From: Eledone cirrhosa
Taxonomy: Eukaryota
Direction of reading: 5' to 3'
DNA: 64,000 bases
Assembly: GCA_964016885.1 (NCBI GenBank)
Contig: OZ024742.1
Location: forward strand, 266,910,001-266,974,000
The notes beneath the pieces are model-generated. The model saw only the letters and a list, made by a program, of their open reading frames with translations. It ran no database searches and was not told where the DNA came from. Both the position numbers and the translations under genes were made by a program. Shown here one piece after another: positions 1-14,009 of the stretch (position 1 is its first letter; every line of letters begins with the position of its first letter).

Positions 1-678
1 GGAGCTATGTCGAACAGTTCCTGTCGCATGTAGGACCGATCAGGTTATCGACTGGGTCCATTGTGCAGATGATCTCGCCGTCTTCCTTCGAGGAGGAAGG
101 GCAGGCGGTTTTCATCTGCCTGGTGGCCATGGCGAAAGAGATTGTGTGGTGGACAAGGTTGAAAGGGTTGAAGACCGACACTTTCCTCTTCGGCGAATCC
201 CTGATTAACTTTTTCAAGTTTCACTTGAAGAGGAAAATGAGGGTGGAGAGGCAAGTGTGGTCTTCTAGCAAGTTTGTTGAAAGGTGGGTGAATGTAGCGA
301 AAATGGTCCGAGTTAACGGGACCACTCTGAATATACGCTTGTAGTTTGAGGAATGGGAAACCATTGAGAGAAGGCGCTTGCCCTGGTGGTCAGAGTGGCC
401 GTGGTCTTTTGTGTGGTTTTCGCCACGAGTAACCCTCGGAGGTTTCCCCTCCGTTGGGGAATTTTTCATTGTTTCAATTTTCATTTTTATTGTTTATATA
501 TATATATATATGTTTCTATGTCTATTTTTTTTTCTTTTCTTATATAAATAATAAAAATCTTTACACGCACAAAACCCACATCGTACCGTCCTGTACCGTC
601 CGGTGTCGTCTGTAATGTTTTTCTTGATGTCAGCCCTTGTGGCCAATAAAGAAATCATTATTATTATTATTATTATTT
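1..678 (+). mobile_element. 3' end of Tx1/L1-like LINE (ORF2 C-terminus, 3' UTR, (ATT)n tail)
   Basis: ORF ending at 344 (AVFICLVAMAKEIVWWTRLKG...ERWVNVAKM) is homologous to the copies at 5.5-6.3 kb and 26.7-27.6 kb; AATAAA and an (ATT)n tail at about 646-678. Confidence 0.8.
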
Positions 679-819
679 AATTTTTAAACTTTTAACCTTT
701 AAAGGTTTAACTTTTACACCTTTAAATAACTTTTATTTCCATTTTTAATTGTATCTTATCTATCTATTTTACCTAGTTATTATTGGTTTGGGAAATCCTA
801 TGGATGCATCATGCGCAAG

Positions 820-1040
820 GACATAGAAATAATCGAGTTGGATATCCAATCGCGTGGTTAAACCACTAGGAGTGAAGGACCCAAGCCTTTGTCAGGGCAT
901 TCTTCTAGGAGAAAGTAACTTAGGAAACTGGGATAACTCTGACATAAAAACAGCGGCTCAGTAGTTACTGCTGATGTTGATATTTTCTTCTTTTCGGGTT
1001 ATAGCTACTGTCGCTCAGAGAGTGGGATTGGCTCAGTGCA
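820..1040 (+). repeat. Dispersed repeat, copy 1 (LINE 3' UTR or SINE-like)
   Basis: About 220 bp similar to 2149-2370 (gacatagaaata...gagtgggattggctcagtgca). Confidence 0.75.
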
Positions 1041-1730
1041 CAGACTGAGTGTAACAGCAATGGTATGCTTCTGTTGCAGATGTATGAGGAGGTAGATCTG
1101 TGTATTACCAACACCATCTTTCAGCAAAAGAATAAGTTTAATACAACATGGATGCACCCTGAAGAATTCTAGGATACCGAAACAACTCTTTTATAGAGAG
1201 TTAGTTAAAGGAAAACGACCTCCACCTAAACCAAAATAGAGGTATAAGGATTCGTTGAAAGTCTCCTTGAAAGACGCTAACATCTCTGCTGGTACATGGG
1301 AAAGCGTAGCTGCAGATCGTAGTAAATGGAGGAAAATTATACTTGAGAGGAAAGTTGCTTTTGAAGCATCTCAATTGCATACGAAAAAGTAAACAGGGAT
1401 GTCAGGAAAGGCATTGCTGTTACATTTCCAGACAGCAATGGTCCTCCCATGGAACTGACATGCAACATCTGTGCAAAGCTCTGCCTCAGCAAAGCTGGAC
1501 TCAAAAGTCATCTTCGCAGTTATAAAGTGAGACCAGTAGTTGACTACCAGGCTGCTGTTGGAGATGCTAGTCATCATATCTGTCAACCATGTGGAAAAGA
1601 GTGTAGATCAGCAGCACAGCTGAAACGACATGAAAAAGTACATGATCAACCACAGTCGGCTATTGCCATTGAATATTTTTATCATGGTTGTCAACTCTGT
1701 GCAAGATATTTTAAAACAGTAGGCTAAAAA
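1041..1730 (+). mobile_element. Internally deleted RTE/BovB-like LINE with C-terminal C2H2 zinc fingers
   Basis: APE fragment CNSNGMLLLQM...ITNTIFQQKNKFNTTWMHP joined directly to the RTE C-terminus RIPKQLFYRELVKGKR...WESVAADRSKWR, followed by CxxC..H motifs (ORF 1449-1727). Confidence 0.75.
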
Positions 1731-2148
1731 GCCACATCCGATCGCATAACCGTTAATTATGAAATTATATATATATATGATAGAAAACACGAGGAAGTGT
1801 CGTTTACATATGAAAAATATTTATTGCGTATCGACATGTTACGCGCGTTTCACAGAGGATTGGCCCAATGGGACCCATAGGAGTTATGGACTCGACTTCA
1901 GTATCGATCTGCTCCTCAGACTGGTGATGCAACTCTGTCTGTGCATAGAATGTTTGATTTGGTACCTACACCAGTATTTCACCCTACTACCTATACATAT
2001 ATATATATATTTCTTTTTTATCGTGTGATGATCATATTCCATAACGAGGTGACAACCATCATGTATGTATGTAGGTATGTATGTATGTATGTATGTAAGT
2101 ATATGTGTATATGTATATGCATGTGTGTATGTGTATGTATATGCGCGG

Positions 2149-2447
2149 GGACATAGAAATAGTCGGGCTGGATACCCGATTCCGCGGTTAAACCACTGGG
2201 AGTGAAGGACCCCTAGCCTTTGTTAGGGCATTATTCTAGGAGAAGGCAACTCAGGAAACTGGGACGACTCTGATATAAAACCTGTGGCTCAGTAATTACC
2301 GATGATGTTGATCTTTTCTTCTTTTCGGGTTATAGCTACTGTCGCTCAGAGAGTGGGATTGGCTCAGTGCACCGACTTTCCTCACTTTAAAAAAATTCTT
2401 CACGCACAGGCATTGCACGATAAAATTAATTAATAATTATTAATAAT
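2149..2447 (+). repeat. Dispersed repeat, copy 2, with (TAA)n-like tail
   Basis: Similar to 820-1040; ends in aattaattaataattattaataat. Confidence 0.7.
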
Positions 2448-2513
2448 GGTATATCGTGCGATCGCTATACTCGATAACAAGGGGGCAGCCATCATATATG
2501 TATGTATGTATGT

Positions 2514-3367
2514 CTCTTTCTCTTAATTTCGAGTACATTTTTTTTGACCGGCCACCTTCCTGGTGGCAAGGTTGTAAAAGAAAAGAAATTGTCATCCCTT
2601 GAATCGCAAGAATGTTTTGCAAATTTTGAAGGTGCCATCTATCGCAGCCATTTGTAGACTATGAATTAGGGAGCTGCGCTCTTTGTCCGCAAATCCAAGT
2701 TCAGTCATACTTTGGTCCAAGCGGGTTGGTATATAACCCGTAGCTCCAATAATGATGGGTATGAAGCTAAAGGTGTATCTTGGATACTGGATTTGTAAAC
2801 TCCTCATCAATGGTCCGTAGATGTCCTCCTTCTCCTGTATTTTTCTGACAACGTTTACATCAAGTGGGCAGCTGATCTCCACAACAGATTGTGTGGTCCC
2901 AAACAACAATATCAGGCCGGTTGTGCTTTAATTTGGTGGCAGTTTTTATTTTCAGGTTCCACCAGTATTCCTTAGTGCCATCTGTCTCAATATATTCTTC
3001 CTCGTTTGTTGTTAATTTTGTTTTCCGAAGTGCGTTCCAGATGGTTCAAGCTATCCCATCGTGTCTCATGGGAGGTAGTAGCGAGATGACATTCTTTCGC
3101 AGCTGGCAACAATGTGGCTTACATCCTCGATCTTTGTTTTACATAGCCTACATTTATTGTCTGCTGCTGGCCTTCCTCTTTTGTGCAGCAGATATTTGGT
3201 AGGGAGTTCTTGTTCCTATATTGCATAGAGAGATATCCCTCAAGGTGTGATATCATAAACTTGTCGGAACTCCACGCCAGGCTTTTTGAGTGGTTTATCC
3301 CCTCTATGGTCTGTGTTTTACGCCTCAAGTATCCATGCACAACTTTTTCTGAAAATTGGTCAATTTT
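2514..3367 (-). mobile_element. 5'-truncated R4/Dong-like non-LTR retrotransposon (CCHC plus restriction-like endonuclease), frameshifted
   Basis: Across frames: HGYLRRK..., CRLCK...H..ASC, MRHD, HNRPD, VVEISCP...PIIIGATG. Flanked on both sides by (TATG)n. Confidence 0.85.
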
Positions 3368-3467
3368 TATGTATGTATGTATGTATGTATGTATGTATGT
3401 ATGTATGTATGTATGTATGTATGTATGTATTTATGTATGTATGTATGTATGTATGTATGTATGTATG
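3368..3467. repeat. (TATG)n microsatellite separating the two R4/Dong-like elements
   Basis: About 25 tandem TATG units. Confidence 0.95.
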
Positions 3468-5329
3468 TTCTTCTGGTTTTATAATTTCACAAATTTTTTC
3501 CCAATAGAAAGAGACTCGGTTTCTAACATAGACACAAGACTCTCTCATTGGAATTTACACAACATCAACTACGTAGAATATGTATGTCTGCATGTGTAGA
3601 TATGGATGTTATTGTATGTGTGGATGTGGATGTTTTGAGTTGTATGTGTGTATGTGTATATGCTTTGCATCTGTACATGTGTATATGCAGTTATTAGATG
3701 CAAAATGTTTGGAATGTTTTACATATTTTTACTATTCCATTAATAGATTGTACTTGTAATTTCCTACCTAGTTGTGTTCTTTCTGTTCCTGTGAAGCCTA
3801 GCTTCTCAAGATTTGTATTGCGGTAGTTACTAATATACCCCAGTGACCCAATAATTACAGGTATAAATCTGAAGGTGTAATCAGGGTGGAGTATCTTCAG
3901 ATTTCTCATCAGCTCTGCATAAATATTCACCTTTTCGCTAATCTTTGATATTATATTGGCATCTGCTGGGCAGCTAATTTCCACTACTGTGCATGCTTTC
4001 TTCTCCCTGTTTCATATCATAATATCTGGTCTGTTATGCCTGCATCTTATTGGGGCTTTTACTGGAACATTCCACCAGTACTCTTTCATATTATGTACAT
4101 GGATGTCTTCCACATTGCTGTAGCTTTTAATGAGTTTATCATCGGGGCTATCTTTTTTACGAACTGCATTGTACAGTCTTTTGGCCACTACATCATGCCT
4201 CATAGGTAGATAGTACCGCGATGACATCTTTGGACAGCTGCTGATGACATGGTTGATATCCTCGATGTTAGTTCTGCAGAGTCTGCACTTGTTATCACAT
4301 CTAGGTGTTTTGCCTGCTTCCCTATCTCTTTTATGAATCAGGTATTTCGTGTTAATCTCCTGTTCTTGGATTGCAAAAGCGTATCCTTTAAAGTGGGAGC
4401 CAATATAGCGGTTGTTGGTCCAAGATAGACTACTTTCCTTATCTATCTTACTCTCACTCTGGAGCTTCCTGGCAACATATCCATGCATGATTTTTTGCTG
4501 ATAAGCATGCAGTTTCTCATCCATGGATTCACTGCGATACTGCTGAGCGACTTCCCTGGGTGTGAGTTTTTGATTATCACACAGGGAATATCTCTCGAGG
4601 AGTTCCTTCCCAACTCTCATGATCTTATCTGTTTCATCCAGATAGACTTGCTCGAGAAACGGGCTCCTACGCTTCGAGCTTCGTAGATGTTTTCGAGGAG
4701 ATATGATGCGACATTCAAATGTTGTCTGGACTGATATTAGGCCTCTGCCTCCCTGCTTACGTTTCAAGTAAAGGCGGTCTATGTCACTGTTGATGTGGAA
4801 GTTTCCAGTGTTGTTTAGTATTTTTCGAGTTCCAACATCAACTGCTCGGATTTTGTCTATCGTCCAATTGAGTATTCCAAACGTTGGTGTTAGGACAGGC
4901 ACATCAAACACATTGAGAGCCACTGTTTTGTTTTGCGCAGAGAGTTCCGATGACCAGATCTTTCTTAATCGGGTGCAGTATTCCCTGGTTACGCGTTCTT
5001 TATTACAGATACCATTATAGGATATGTTCTCATCTATCCCCAGGTATCTGTAGCAGTCCTCATCAGATATCGGTGAAACAGTTAGGCCATTGATGACAAT
5101 GTTGCTAGATTGGGTTATTGTTTTTCCCCGCTTTACAGTCATGTATGAGCATTTATATTGGCCAAACTCCATTCCTATATCCTTTGAGAACGTTGTAACC
5201 AGGTCAAGATTTTTCTTTATCCCATTCATGTTCTTGGCATAGAGTGTCAGATCGTCCACAAAGAAATTATGGGTTAGGTTCGTATTTCTGCCCTCCTGTG
5301 AGCCAATGATGTATCCCTCACATTTCTCC
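3468..5329 (-). mobile_element. 5'-truncated R4/Dong-like LINE (RT C-half, CCHC, REL endonuclease)
   Basis: FFVDDLTLYA, FSKDIGMEFG..KC, YRYLG, RLYLKRKQGGRGL, AIQEQEINT, CRLC..HVISSC, MRHD and RPD in 4012-5259; frameshift into EISCP...PVIIGSLG (3694-3984). Confidence 0.9.
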
Positions 5330-5441
5330 TATGTATGTATGTATGTATGTATGTATGTATGTATGTATGTATGTATGTATGTATGTATGTATGTATGTAT
5401 GTATGTATGTATGTATGTATGTATTATGTACGTATGCATGC

Positions 5442-5500
<59 letters not shown>

Positions 5501-5509
5501 CATCCATCC
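5330..5509. repeat. Compound (TATG)n/(TATC)n/(CATC)n microsatellite
   Basis: Visible tandem units. Confidence 0.95.
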
Positions 5510-6362
5510 GGCGATCAGTGGAGACTCCACTTCGTCATTCTATAGAGGGTTGATCCGCAGCAAGTGCGACGACGCGCTCGGAGAAACTCTAGGCGTAGAG
5601 AAAGACGAGCTGGCCAGTCTGTTCGGTAGGACCTTCCGCCCGGGACCGATAGATAACTTCCAACTACCGAGGAGCTCTACCAGTTCGAGACAAGGTCTAC
5701 AGACATGGGCGCCCGGGCAGGGACCCTTAGAAAAAGATCTGTCCAAGATGCGTGCGAGACGAAGAAACCGTCGTGCACGCATTCATACACTGCCCGGGCG
5801 TTACCAACCTGTGGGCTTATGTAGAACGACTATTGTCGCGGGTGGGACCAATCCGGTTGACCACCGAGTCCATTGTAATGATCAAACCGCCACCCTCCTT
5901 CAAAAACGAAGGAGAGGCGGTTTTCCTTTGTGTGACCGGTATGGCGAAAGAGGTTGTATGGTGGACGAGGTTAAAAGGGCTGAGGTCAGATACCTTTCTC
6001 TCCGGCCAACAACTGATTCTTTTTTTCAAATACTACTTTGGAAGAAGAACCAGGATGGAGAGAGAGGTGCTGTACCCCAGCAAGTTTTATGAAAGGTGGG
6101 TGAAAGTGGCGAGAATGGCCCGGGTGGATGGGCCTTCTCTCTATATCAGCCTGTAGGTTGAGGAAATAGAGGAAGAGAGGAAAGGGTTGCACATTTTTTC
6201 GGGGGTACGTGTTACCCATATGAAATGTCTCTACCTATTGGGGAAAATGGATTAATTTTTAAATTACATTTGTGATAGCATTTTACACGTTTTTATTGTA
6301 TGTAAACTTCCTCTTTAGTATTTGTCCCCTTCTTTTGTGCCCCTGTGGCTACTAAAGAAACA
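5510..6362 (+). mobile_element. 5'-truncated Tx1-like LINE with 17-bp TSD
   Basis: CPRC..EETVVHAFIHC zinc motif and WWTRLKG C-terminus; TSD tatctatccatccatcc at 5493-5509 and 6363-6379. Confidence 0.85.
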
Positions 6363-6504
6363 TATCTATCCATCCATCCATTTATCCATCTATTGTATTT
6401 TTGAAATTACTCTGTTGTTACTACGAATTACGTCATCAGCGACACTCTCGTATCAAGATGTGTTGTGCTGGATTTCTAGCTGCTCTGACAACGACGAATG
6501 TTCC

Positions 6505-6745
6505 AATTGATATGATCAACAGAAAAACCTGCTCGTGAAAAGAAGGAGTAAGTATCTGAGAACATTCCACAGAATCGCGTACCTTAACGTGAGTTCTCGG
6601 GGAGAATCAGCGTGGTATAGTGTGTAAGAGGCTGGTCTTTTGCAATACTCGAACAACGCGCTTTTAATAGATGAATAGACTAAAGCAACATGAAGTAAAA
6701 TGTCTAGCTAAAGGGTATGACGCGATGCAAATAATCGAAATTACC
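6505..6745 (-). mobile_element. Diverged SINE-like repeat (second family)
   Basis: Similar to 39500-39740 (cctg(c/t)tcgtgaaa ... gttct..gggaga.t(c/t)agc ... caac(a/g)tgaa.taaa.tgtc). Confidence 0.55.
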
Positions 6746-6938
6746 ATCTTCATTTGTATCAAAGATGAATCTCAGCATGACAATATGGAGACTTAACCTC
6801 TGCGTTGAATCGCTTTTCTCTCTTGCTTGTGAAATCTAACGTAGAAACAGATAAAGCATGCACATACTCACACACGCTCTTTAACTCTCTAACTCTTTCT
6901 CGTTGTCTCTAACACACATTCTCTCACACCAACTCTAA

Positions 6939-7530
6939 TCTCTATATATAAAACTGAGGATGTCTATCTGTGTGTGTATGAGTTTCAATCCCTAAAACTA
7001 GAGAACCACCCAACCGACTGTTTTTAAACTTTACACATGTAATAATTATGTGTCAGGGAGTGTTCTGAGCAAAAAGAAATTTCAAATTTTCAATGCCCTA
7101 TGGACCGCATTAGGCGACTTAGCGATCTCTCTCTATAATTCTTAGTCTTTCTCTTTTTAGATAGATACATACATATAACGTCGCGCCCTTATAATATCTG
7201 TCTGTATGTCTGACTGTCTGCATTACGTCACTTCCTATAATTCGCTCTGCGTTCAGAAGCGCCCTTATAATATCTGTCTGTATGTCTGGCTGTCTTCTAC
7301 CTCCGGTTATTCTGCCACCCATGCTCAAGACAAATCTCACACTCATTCTCCAAAGAGTTGGTAAGTGCACACAACTTCTTCCGCACGTTTTAAGCCACAG
7401 TGTTGCTTACTTACATACCACCAGACCCTTACTTCTTTGCCAGCCGTGCTTGTGGCAATACTAAGCTTAGCTAAGGCGGTTATATATTTCACAATACCTT
7501 ATCCCGTGCAACGCCGGGTACCACTGCTAG
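6939..7530 (+). mobile_element. Non-autonomous Helitron
   Basis: A|TC 5' end (TCTCTATATATAAAAC), subterminal hairpin cccgtgcaacgccggg, CTAG|T 3' end, no TSD; the 5' part recurs at 32.2-33.1 kb. Confidence 0.85.
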
Positions 7531-7547
7531 TATAGGTATATATTTTA

Positions 7548-7580
<33 letters not shown>

Positions 7581-8000
7581 TATGTATATATATGTATATA
7601 TATATATATATGTACACACACACATATATGCATATAAACATACACAGATACATGCATAGTAGATACATATTAGTGCTTGGTTGTGTAATAAACACACCAA
7701 AACTGCACTGAATTGCACTGTTATTAATATTGACTTTACGCGGATGACAATTTTGATAAGCTGGTAACTTCGGCGAAACTTCGATATAAACAGTCATTGC
7801 TAATAACATATATTTTAAGTATATATTTAAAAATATATATTCATGCTCCATCACTCCCGTATGTATGTATATGAATAGACAAAATATATATATACACACA
7901 CATATATATGTACATGTATGTCTATATACATAAATGTATGTGTATATATATATAAATACCGGTACTGGCATTGATAAATATGGTGGGTCCGTAAACTCCT

Positions 8001-8268
<268 letters not shown>

Positions 8269-8642
8269 AAGTGTAAAATAATTACGGCTAATCAGATATT
8301 TAAATATAGCACGTGCTATTGCCGTTTACTAAAGAAGCTGATAAAAATACACACATATCAGCGAAGAAAAAGAAACCAGAAACTATTGAACTATTTACAT
8401 AGAAATGTACTTGTCCATCACAAACAGCACGAACGGCAAAACTATCTCATTATAATGTCGCTTGGTTTGTAATTAAATTTCTTTTTTGAGGAAAATATTG
8501 ACGAAACGTTCTGAACCTAATAGCAAGTGTCTCTCCTTTCCTCTCTCTCTCTTTCTCCCTCTGCCTCACACATTTTCTCCCCCTCCTCTTTCTGCCCCCT
8601 CTCTTTCTATATATACAGACATGTATATGAATGAATGTATTG

Positions 8643-8708
<66 letters not shown>

Positions 8709-9141
8709 ATCTATACACACATATATTTATATTCTTATGGATTTGTTAAGAACAAATTCAGTATGATATATTTATTCTGTATTTAAAAAGCAGTGTTAAA
8801 TTCCTTGTTTTCGCTGGTAATTACTTTACATCGGTTCTTTTTCGGTTACTACTGAATATATATATATATAATTAGAATTGGTACTCTGAAATAGCGATAT
8901 ATATATGAATGTATATATAGTGTATTTTGCAATACACTGTATGCTTAATTAAAAGTATTTTGAAGACCTTACGCTATTGTTTTAAAGTAGTGACTATCTC
9001 ACTTACTTCTTTTTTCAGCAAACAAGGGGAGATAAGCTGACAGAGCTCTGTTTCGTACTGTTGGTACTTATCAAAGCCTAGCACTTCCCTTGCCTGCTGA
9101 AAATTATGAATGTTGGATTCTTATAGAATTCCAGTAATAAT

Positions 9142-9960
9142 CAGTTCCTGATTATACAGAGCGGTTGCCGGTCCAGCAAAAATTGAAAATTAGAACTGGT
9201 GCTCTGAAATAGCGATATATATATGAATGTATATATAGTGTATTTAGTGTATTGCATATAGTGTATTGCAAAATACACTATATATACATTCATATATATA
9301 TCGCTATTTCAGAGCACCAATTCTAATTTTCAATTTTTGCTGGACCGGCAATCGCTCTGTATAATCAGGTACTGGCAGGTATGGAGTTGGTATTGGTAGT
9401 CTGCCTGATTGTTGTTTGTCGGTTGGTGGATGATGGACACGATATATACACAATAACAATCGATCGATTGCTACTCTGTGTTAGTGTATTGTTATTGTTT
9501 CATTTGTTTACATCAGCCATCTAGTCTCACTTCTCTCGGATCGGTTATTTATTTGTGGTCCGAAGCGTTTGATCTAAAGTGCTTCCTTGATTCTTTAAGT
9601 GCCGACGTTGCGTTCCGTCGCTAACACCGTGACAATGGGCCTCCGTCTTTGTTTCCGCATTTGATTATGTGATTCCAGAAAGACGAGGCCCTGGTGTTGA
9701 TGTGCTCCTTGATCAGGACATGTAGTGGCCGGATGGTGGTACCGATGTAGAAGTCGTTACACTTGTCACATTCTACCTTTTATACGACGTACGTGCGTAA
9801 ACAACAGTTCGTTTAGCGCATCGGACAGTTGCTGAGGGAACACGCCTCAACCAATTTCTCGGGTTTCCTGGAGAGGCATCTCCGTAGGGAGTGCAGCGAC
9901 ATCCACTTGGCCCGCTTGGGCGCCTCCCCACGGAGGTGCTTGGGAATTAACTATAATGTA
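9142..9960 (-). mobile_element. Penelope-like element 3' fragment (GIY-YIG endonuclease) with fold-back terminus
   Basis: Minus strand at about 9600-9810 reads ...VECDKCNDFYIGTTIRPLHVLIKEH..., a GIY-YIG motif; terminal sequence is inverted at 9142-9374. Confidence 0.75.
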
Positions 9961-10536
9961 ATTAATTAGTTGAACGAAAATGACAGAGGTTATTAAAATC
10001 ATAAAGGTAATAATAATAAATATATACATACACACATCTATATACATACATACAATACATACGCTAAAACACACGCCATGCATGCATATACATGAACGTA
10101 CATATAAACACGCGCACGCGTACGTAAACCGGCGCGACACATATACCCGCACACATACGAACGTATACACCAAATATACATATGAATATGTGTGTGTGTG
10201 TGTGTATAAATATAATTATATATACATATATAAATATACACGTATACATGCGTATATAACGCACACACAGACATACCTACAAGCAAATACACATATGTTC
10301 ACCAAACGTGCATATACGTAAACCCTATGTACACATATACACACCACACAAACAAACTTATATATACCCATATATACCCATATATACCCATATATACCCA
10401 TATATACACATATACATACATATATGTGTGTATAAAAAAATACCAACATACATATACATATATACATATATATATACATATACACACTCACCCGCATATA
10501 CAAACATACAACAACTCATACGCATACCCAACGAAT

Positions 10537-10621
<85 letters not shown>

Positions 10622-11140
10622 CATACACATATACACATATATACTTATATACATATATACATAAATACATATACATATATAATTATACATATATATGTAC
10701 ATACGTACAGGTATACATACATATACATAAAGACCCACAATATATTAATATCTATATAAATCCACACACGCAAATACATACACATACGCATACACGCATA
10801 CCCATACACCCACACGCACCCCGACACACACGCACATACACACGCACATATATATACATATATATATATAATTATATACATATATATACATATATATACA
10901 ATAAACACATAAACATACATTTGTACAAATATTTATATTTATGTGTTTATTGTATACATATGTATATATGTATATATATATATATATCCAATAGCTTTTT
11001 TTAGTTATTGCTCGCACCAACCTGAGATATATGATTTTTAATGCGACGAAATATCAATGATGGTTGGCAAATCACTGACGAAGGACTAATTTTATCATAT
11101 GTAACCCATGTGCAACCACGCAGTATTCTTCTTTCTTCTC

Positions 11141-11254
<114 letters not shown>

Positions 11255-11509
11255 GTTAAAACTTAGACGGGAACAAAAACAGAGAGGCAGTACAAATAAG
11301 AGTTTATTAGGTTCACGCTTTTGATATATGTGTGTGTGTGTGGGGGGTGCATGTATGTGTGGATGTATGGGCATGAGTGTGTGTGTGGATATATGGGTAT
11401 GCGTGTGTGTGTGGATGTATGGGTATACGTGTGTGCGTATGTATGTGTATTATATTTGATTATTTGCTTGTGTGGATTTATATAGATATTTATATATTGT
11501 GGGTGTTTA

Positions 11510-13720
11510 TGAATGTTTTTTGTTCAAATCTGACACCAGTTTCTAAGTCGCCAAATTATACTGGAACATAACAAAACAAAGAGAACAAGAGTAATGAAAA
11601 ACCCTGTCTCATACCGCTTGTGAAACCAATGGGTTCAGAACATTCACAATTTGACATAATTGATACTTTCATGCGCTAATGACATTAAGACATACAGCGT
11701 ATTGTCAGGTATTGACAGTGTCAAAGGCTTTGACCAAGTCAACAAAAACCATAATCAACTCCTGGTTCTTCTCACGATCATTTCCTGCAACCTGGCGAAG
11801 GGAGAAGATCTTGTTAACAGTACCACGACCTGTGCAGCAACATCGTTTGTTTTCAGGGTAGATATCATCGACAAGTTTTGATGTAATACAGAGAAAGGAG
11901 ATGCCACAAGAGTTGTCACAGATGGGTTGATTACCCTTGTCCTTGGGATTGATTAAGAATGCATTTCTGAAGGACATGGTCGACCTTCCAGATTTTCAGA
12001 AATAGCCGGAGACGCTTACGAACCAGTTTTTGACCAGCATATTTTAAAATGTCAGGTGGAATGCCATCTTTACAAGCAGATTTATTGGATGACAGTTGTG
12101 TGATAGCGGCTTGTACTTTATTCAAGCTTAGATTGAATGCTAATTTGGATATCTTTGGCCTTTGGCTAATAGATAATATTGTATCTTCATCTGCGTTCGA
12201 CTCAGCATTTAAGTTATTTTAAAGTGTAATGTGCATCGAGAATATCTCAGCTTTTCCTGTGCATAGGGTTGTACCATCAGGGGATAGAACCGGATTTGGC
12301 CTGCTCACCCTCGGTTCATATACGGCCTTTAGATAATTATAAAAAGGCCCGCGAGTCATTTCTTTCAGCAGCTTCTTGTAGTTCAGTTACTTTAGCTGCT
12401 CATCAGGCATCCTTCATTTTTCTAAGTGAGGACTGTGCTTGCTGCTTACAAAGGCTTTCGTTTTAGTTGAGCTTTTATCTCCAATTCAAAGCTGCTGTAG
12501 GCTTTGTATCTTGTCGATAAGGTTCTGGATATGTGAGCTACTTTTATCCAACCAATTCTGGTGTTTTCTCATATAAAATCCTAGGATATCTATGGAGGTT
12601 GCATAGGTGGCACCTTTGAGCGATTTCGAAGGAGCCTCAATGTCCTCACAAATCTTGACAGAGTCGAGGGATGAGCCAATTTTTGTTGAACGTTACAACC
12701 TCCTATCAGTGTATCTCAAAGCACCCATATCATCCTTGGGTGAAATAGTGGCTCTTGAAGACGCCATTTCTTGGGAAGATTAAATTAAACCTTACTGCGA
12801 GAAGAGTGAAGAGAGCGAGTGATTTTGAAATCTTTTCAGTCTTTCTTTTGTTTGATGACAGTCACTTATGTGCCTCTTTAGGATGCGACCAATTATCTTA
12901 TGATTTGCAGGCTGTTGAAAAAACCATTAGTAATGATAAGATCAAATTCTTTGCAGATTAAAAGCATCCTGAGCCCATTTGAATTCATAGCTCCGACTCC
13001 ATTACACCGAAGGATGTCATGCTATGTTTGATAGTCATTTCCAACTCTAGCATTGGAATTTACCATTATGATGAGCTTGTCCTTGTATAGAACAATGGAG
13101 ACGATTGTGTGAAGCTAATCATAGAATGTTTTGATGCCCGGCTCAGATGAATAGAGAGTTGAGGTATAAAACTCACTAGTTTAACAGACGTGTTGTTTGC
13201 TAGATTTAGAGAAAGAGTAATGATACGATTACTGCAACCGTTTTGAATGCTGTTAGCGATTTAGAAATGTCAGATCTAATGATAAAACCAAATCAGATTG
13301 ACGGTAGTATACTTCACTTCTTCCAGATCAGAAAACTATATACTCCTACCTTTTCCATTTAGGATGTGCTAGGGTTCGAGTCTCAGTTATGGAACAAATA
13401 TCGATATTATATCTATTGAGTGCATTGCAGACGAGGGCTGATCTTCTTTCCATACTTGAACTACTCCCCCGAAGTACTCTAGCATTCTTGGAACAAAAAG
13501 CTGAATGCTTTGTTTAGTTTCGACCGCATATTAGGATAACCAGACAGCCGCGACTGAGCGCCAAGTTAAAAGATTGAGCAAGCATTTTTGGGGGGATCTT
13601 TTTACCGTTCTCTCCCTGTGTAGGAAGAGCAGTGCTTTGCCTAAAAATCCTGCTTCGTCACTATCAATGGAGACGAACAGCACAACTTGCTCATATTTAG
13701 TGCATGAACAGGCCATCACC
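11510..13720 (-). mobile_element. Degenerate RTE/BovB-like LINE (APE and N-half of RT)
   Basis: ERRSALV..LNRYNIDICSITETR near 13.4 kb; DGIPPDILK, CDNSCGISFL, RGTVNKIFSLRQ..FVDLVKAFDTV; many stops and frameshifts. Confidence 0.85.
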
Positions 13721-13824
13721 TAGTAGTCGACATTGTGTAGAGATCAAGCTAAGGACTTCCTGTAATAATCTTTACTTTTCCCCGTCATTTTTGTTCTGTC
13801 GTTAGTAGGTTATATGTTAATAAT

Positions 13825-14009
13825 TGTTTCTACTTTAGGCACAAGGCCAGCAATTACCCAGTGCATTACTGGTACTTTATTTTATCGACCCCGTAAGGAT
13901 GAAAGGCAAAGTCAACCTCGGCGGGATTTGAACTCAGATCGTAAAGGGACGTAACTATGCTGGAAAGCATGGCGTCCGACCCTCTACCGATACTTCCAAT
14001 CCACCACCC
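13825..14009 (-). mobile_element. tRNA-derived SINE with 19-bp TSD
   Basis: B-box GAGTTCAAATCC; TSD taggttatatgttaataat at 13806-13824 and 14010-14028; near-identical to 29289-29475. Confidence 0.9.

Noticed and set aside
1449-1727. Stand-alone host C2H2 zinc-finger gene
   Set aside because: Contiguous with RTE C-terminal coding sequence; no linkers or gene structure typical of host ZNF genes.
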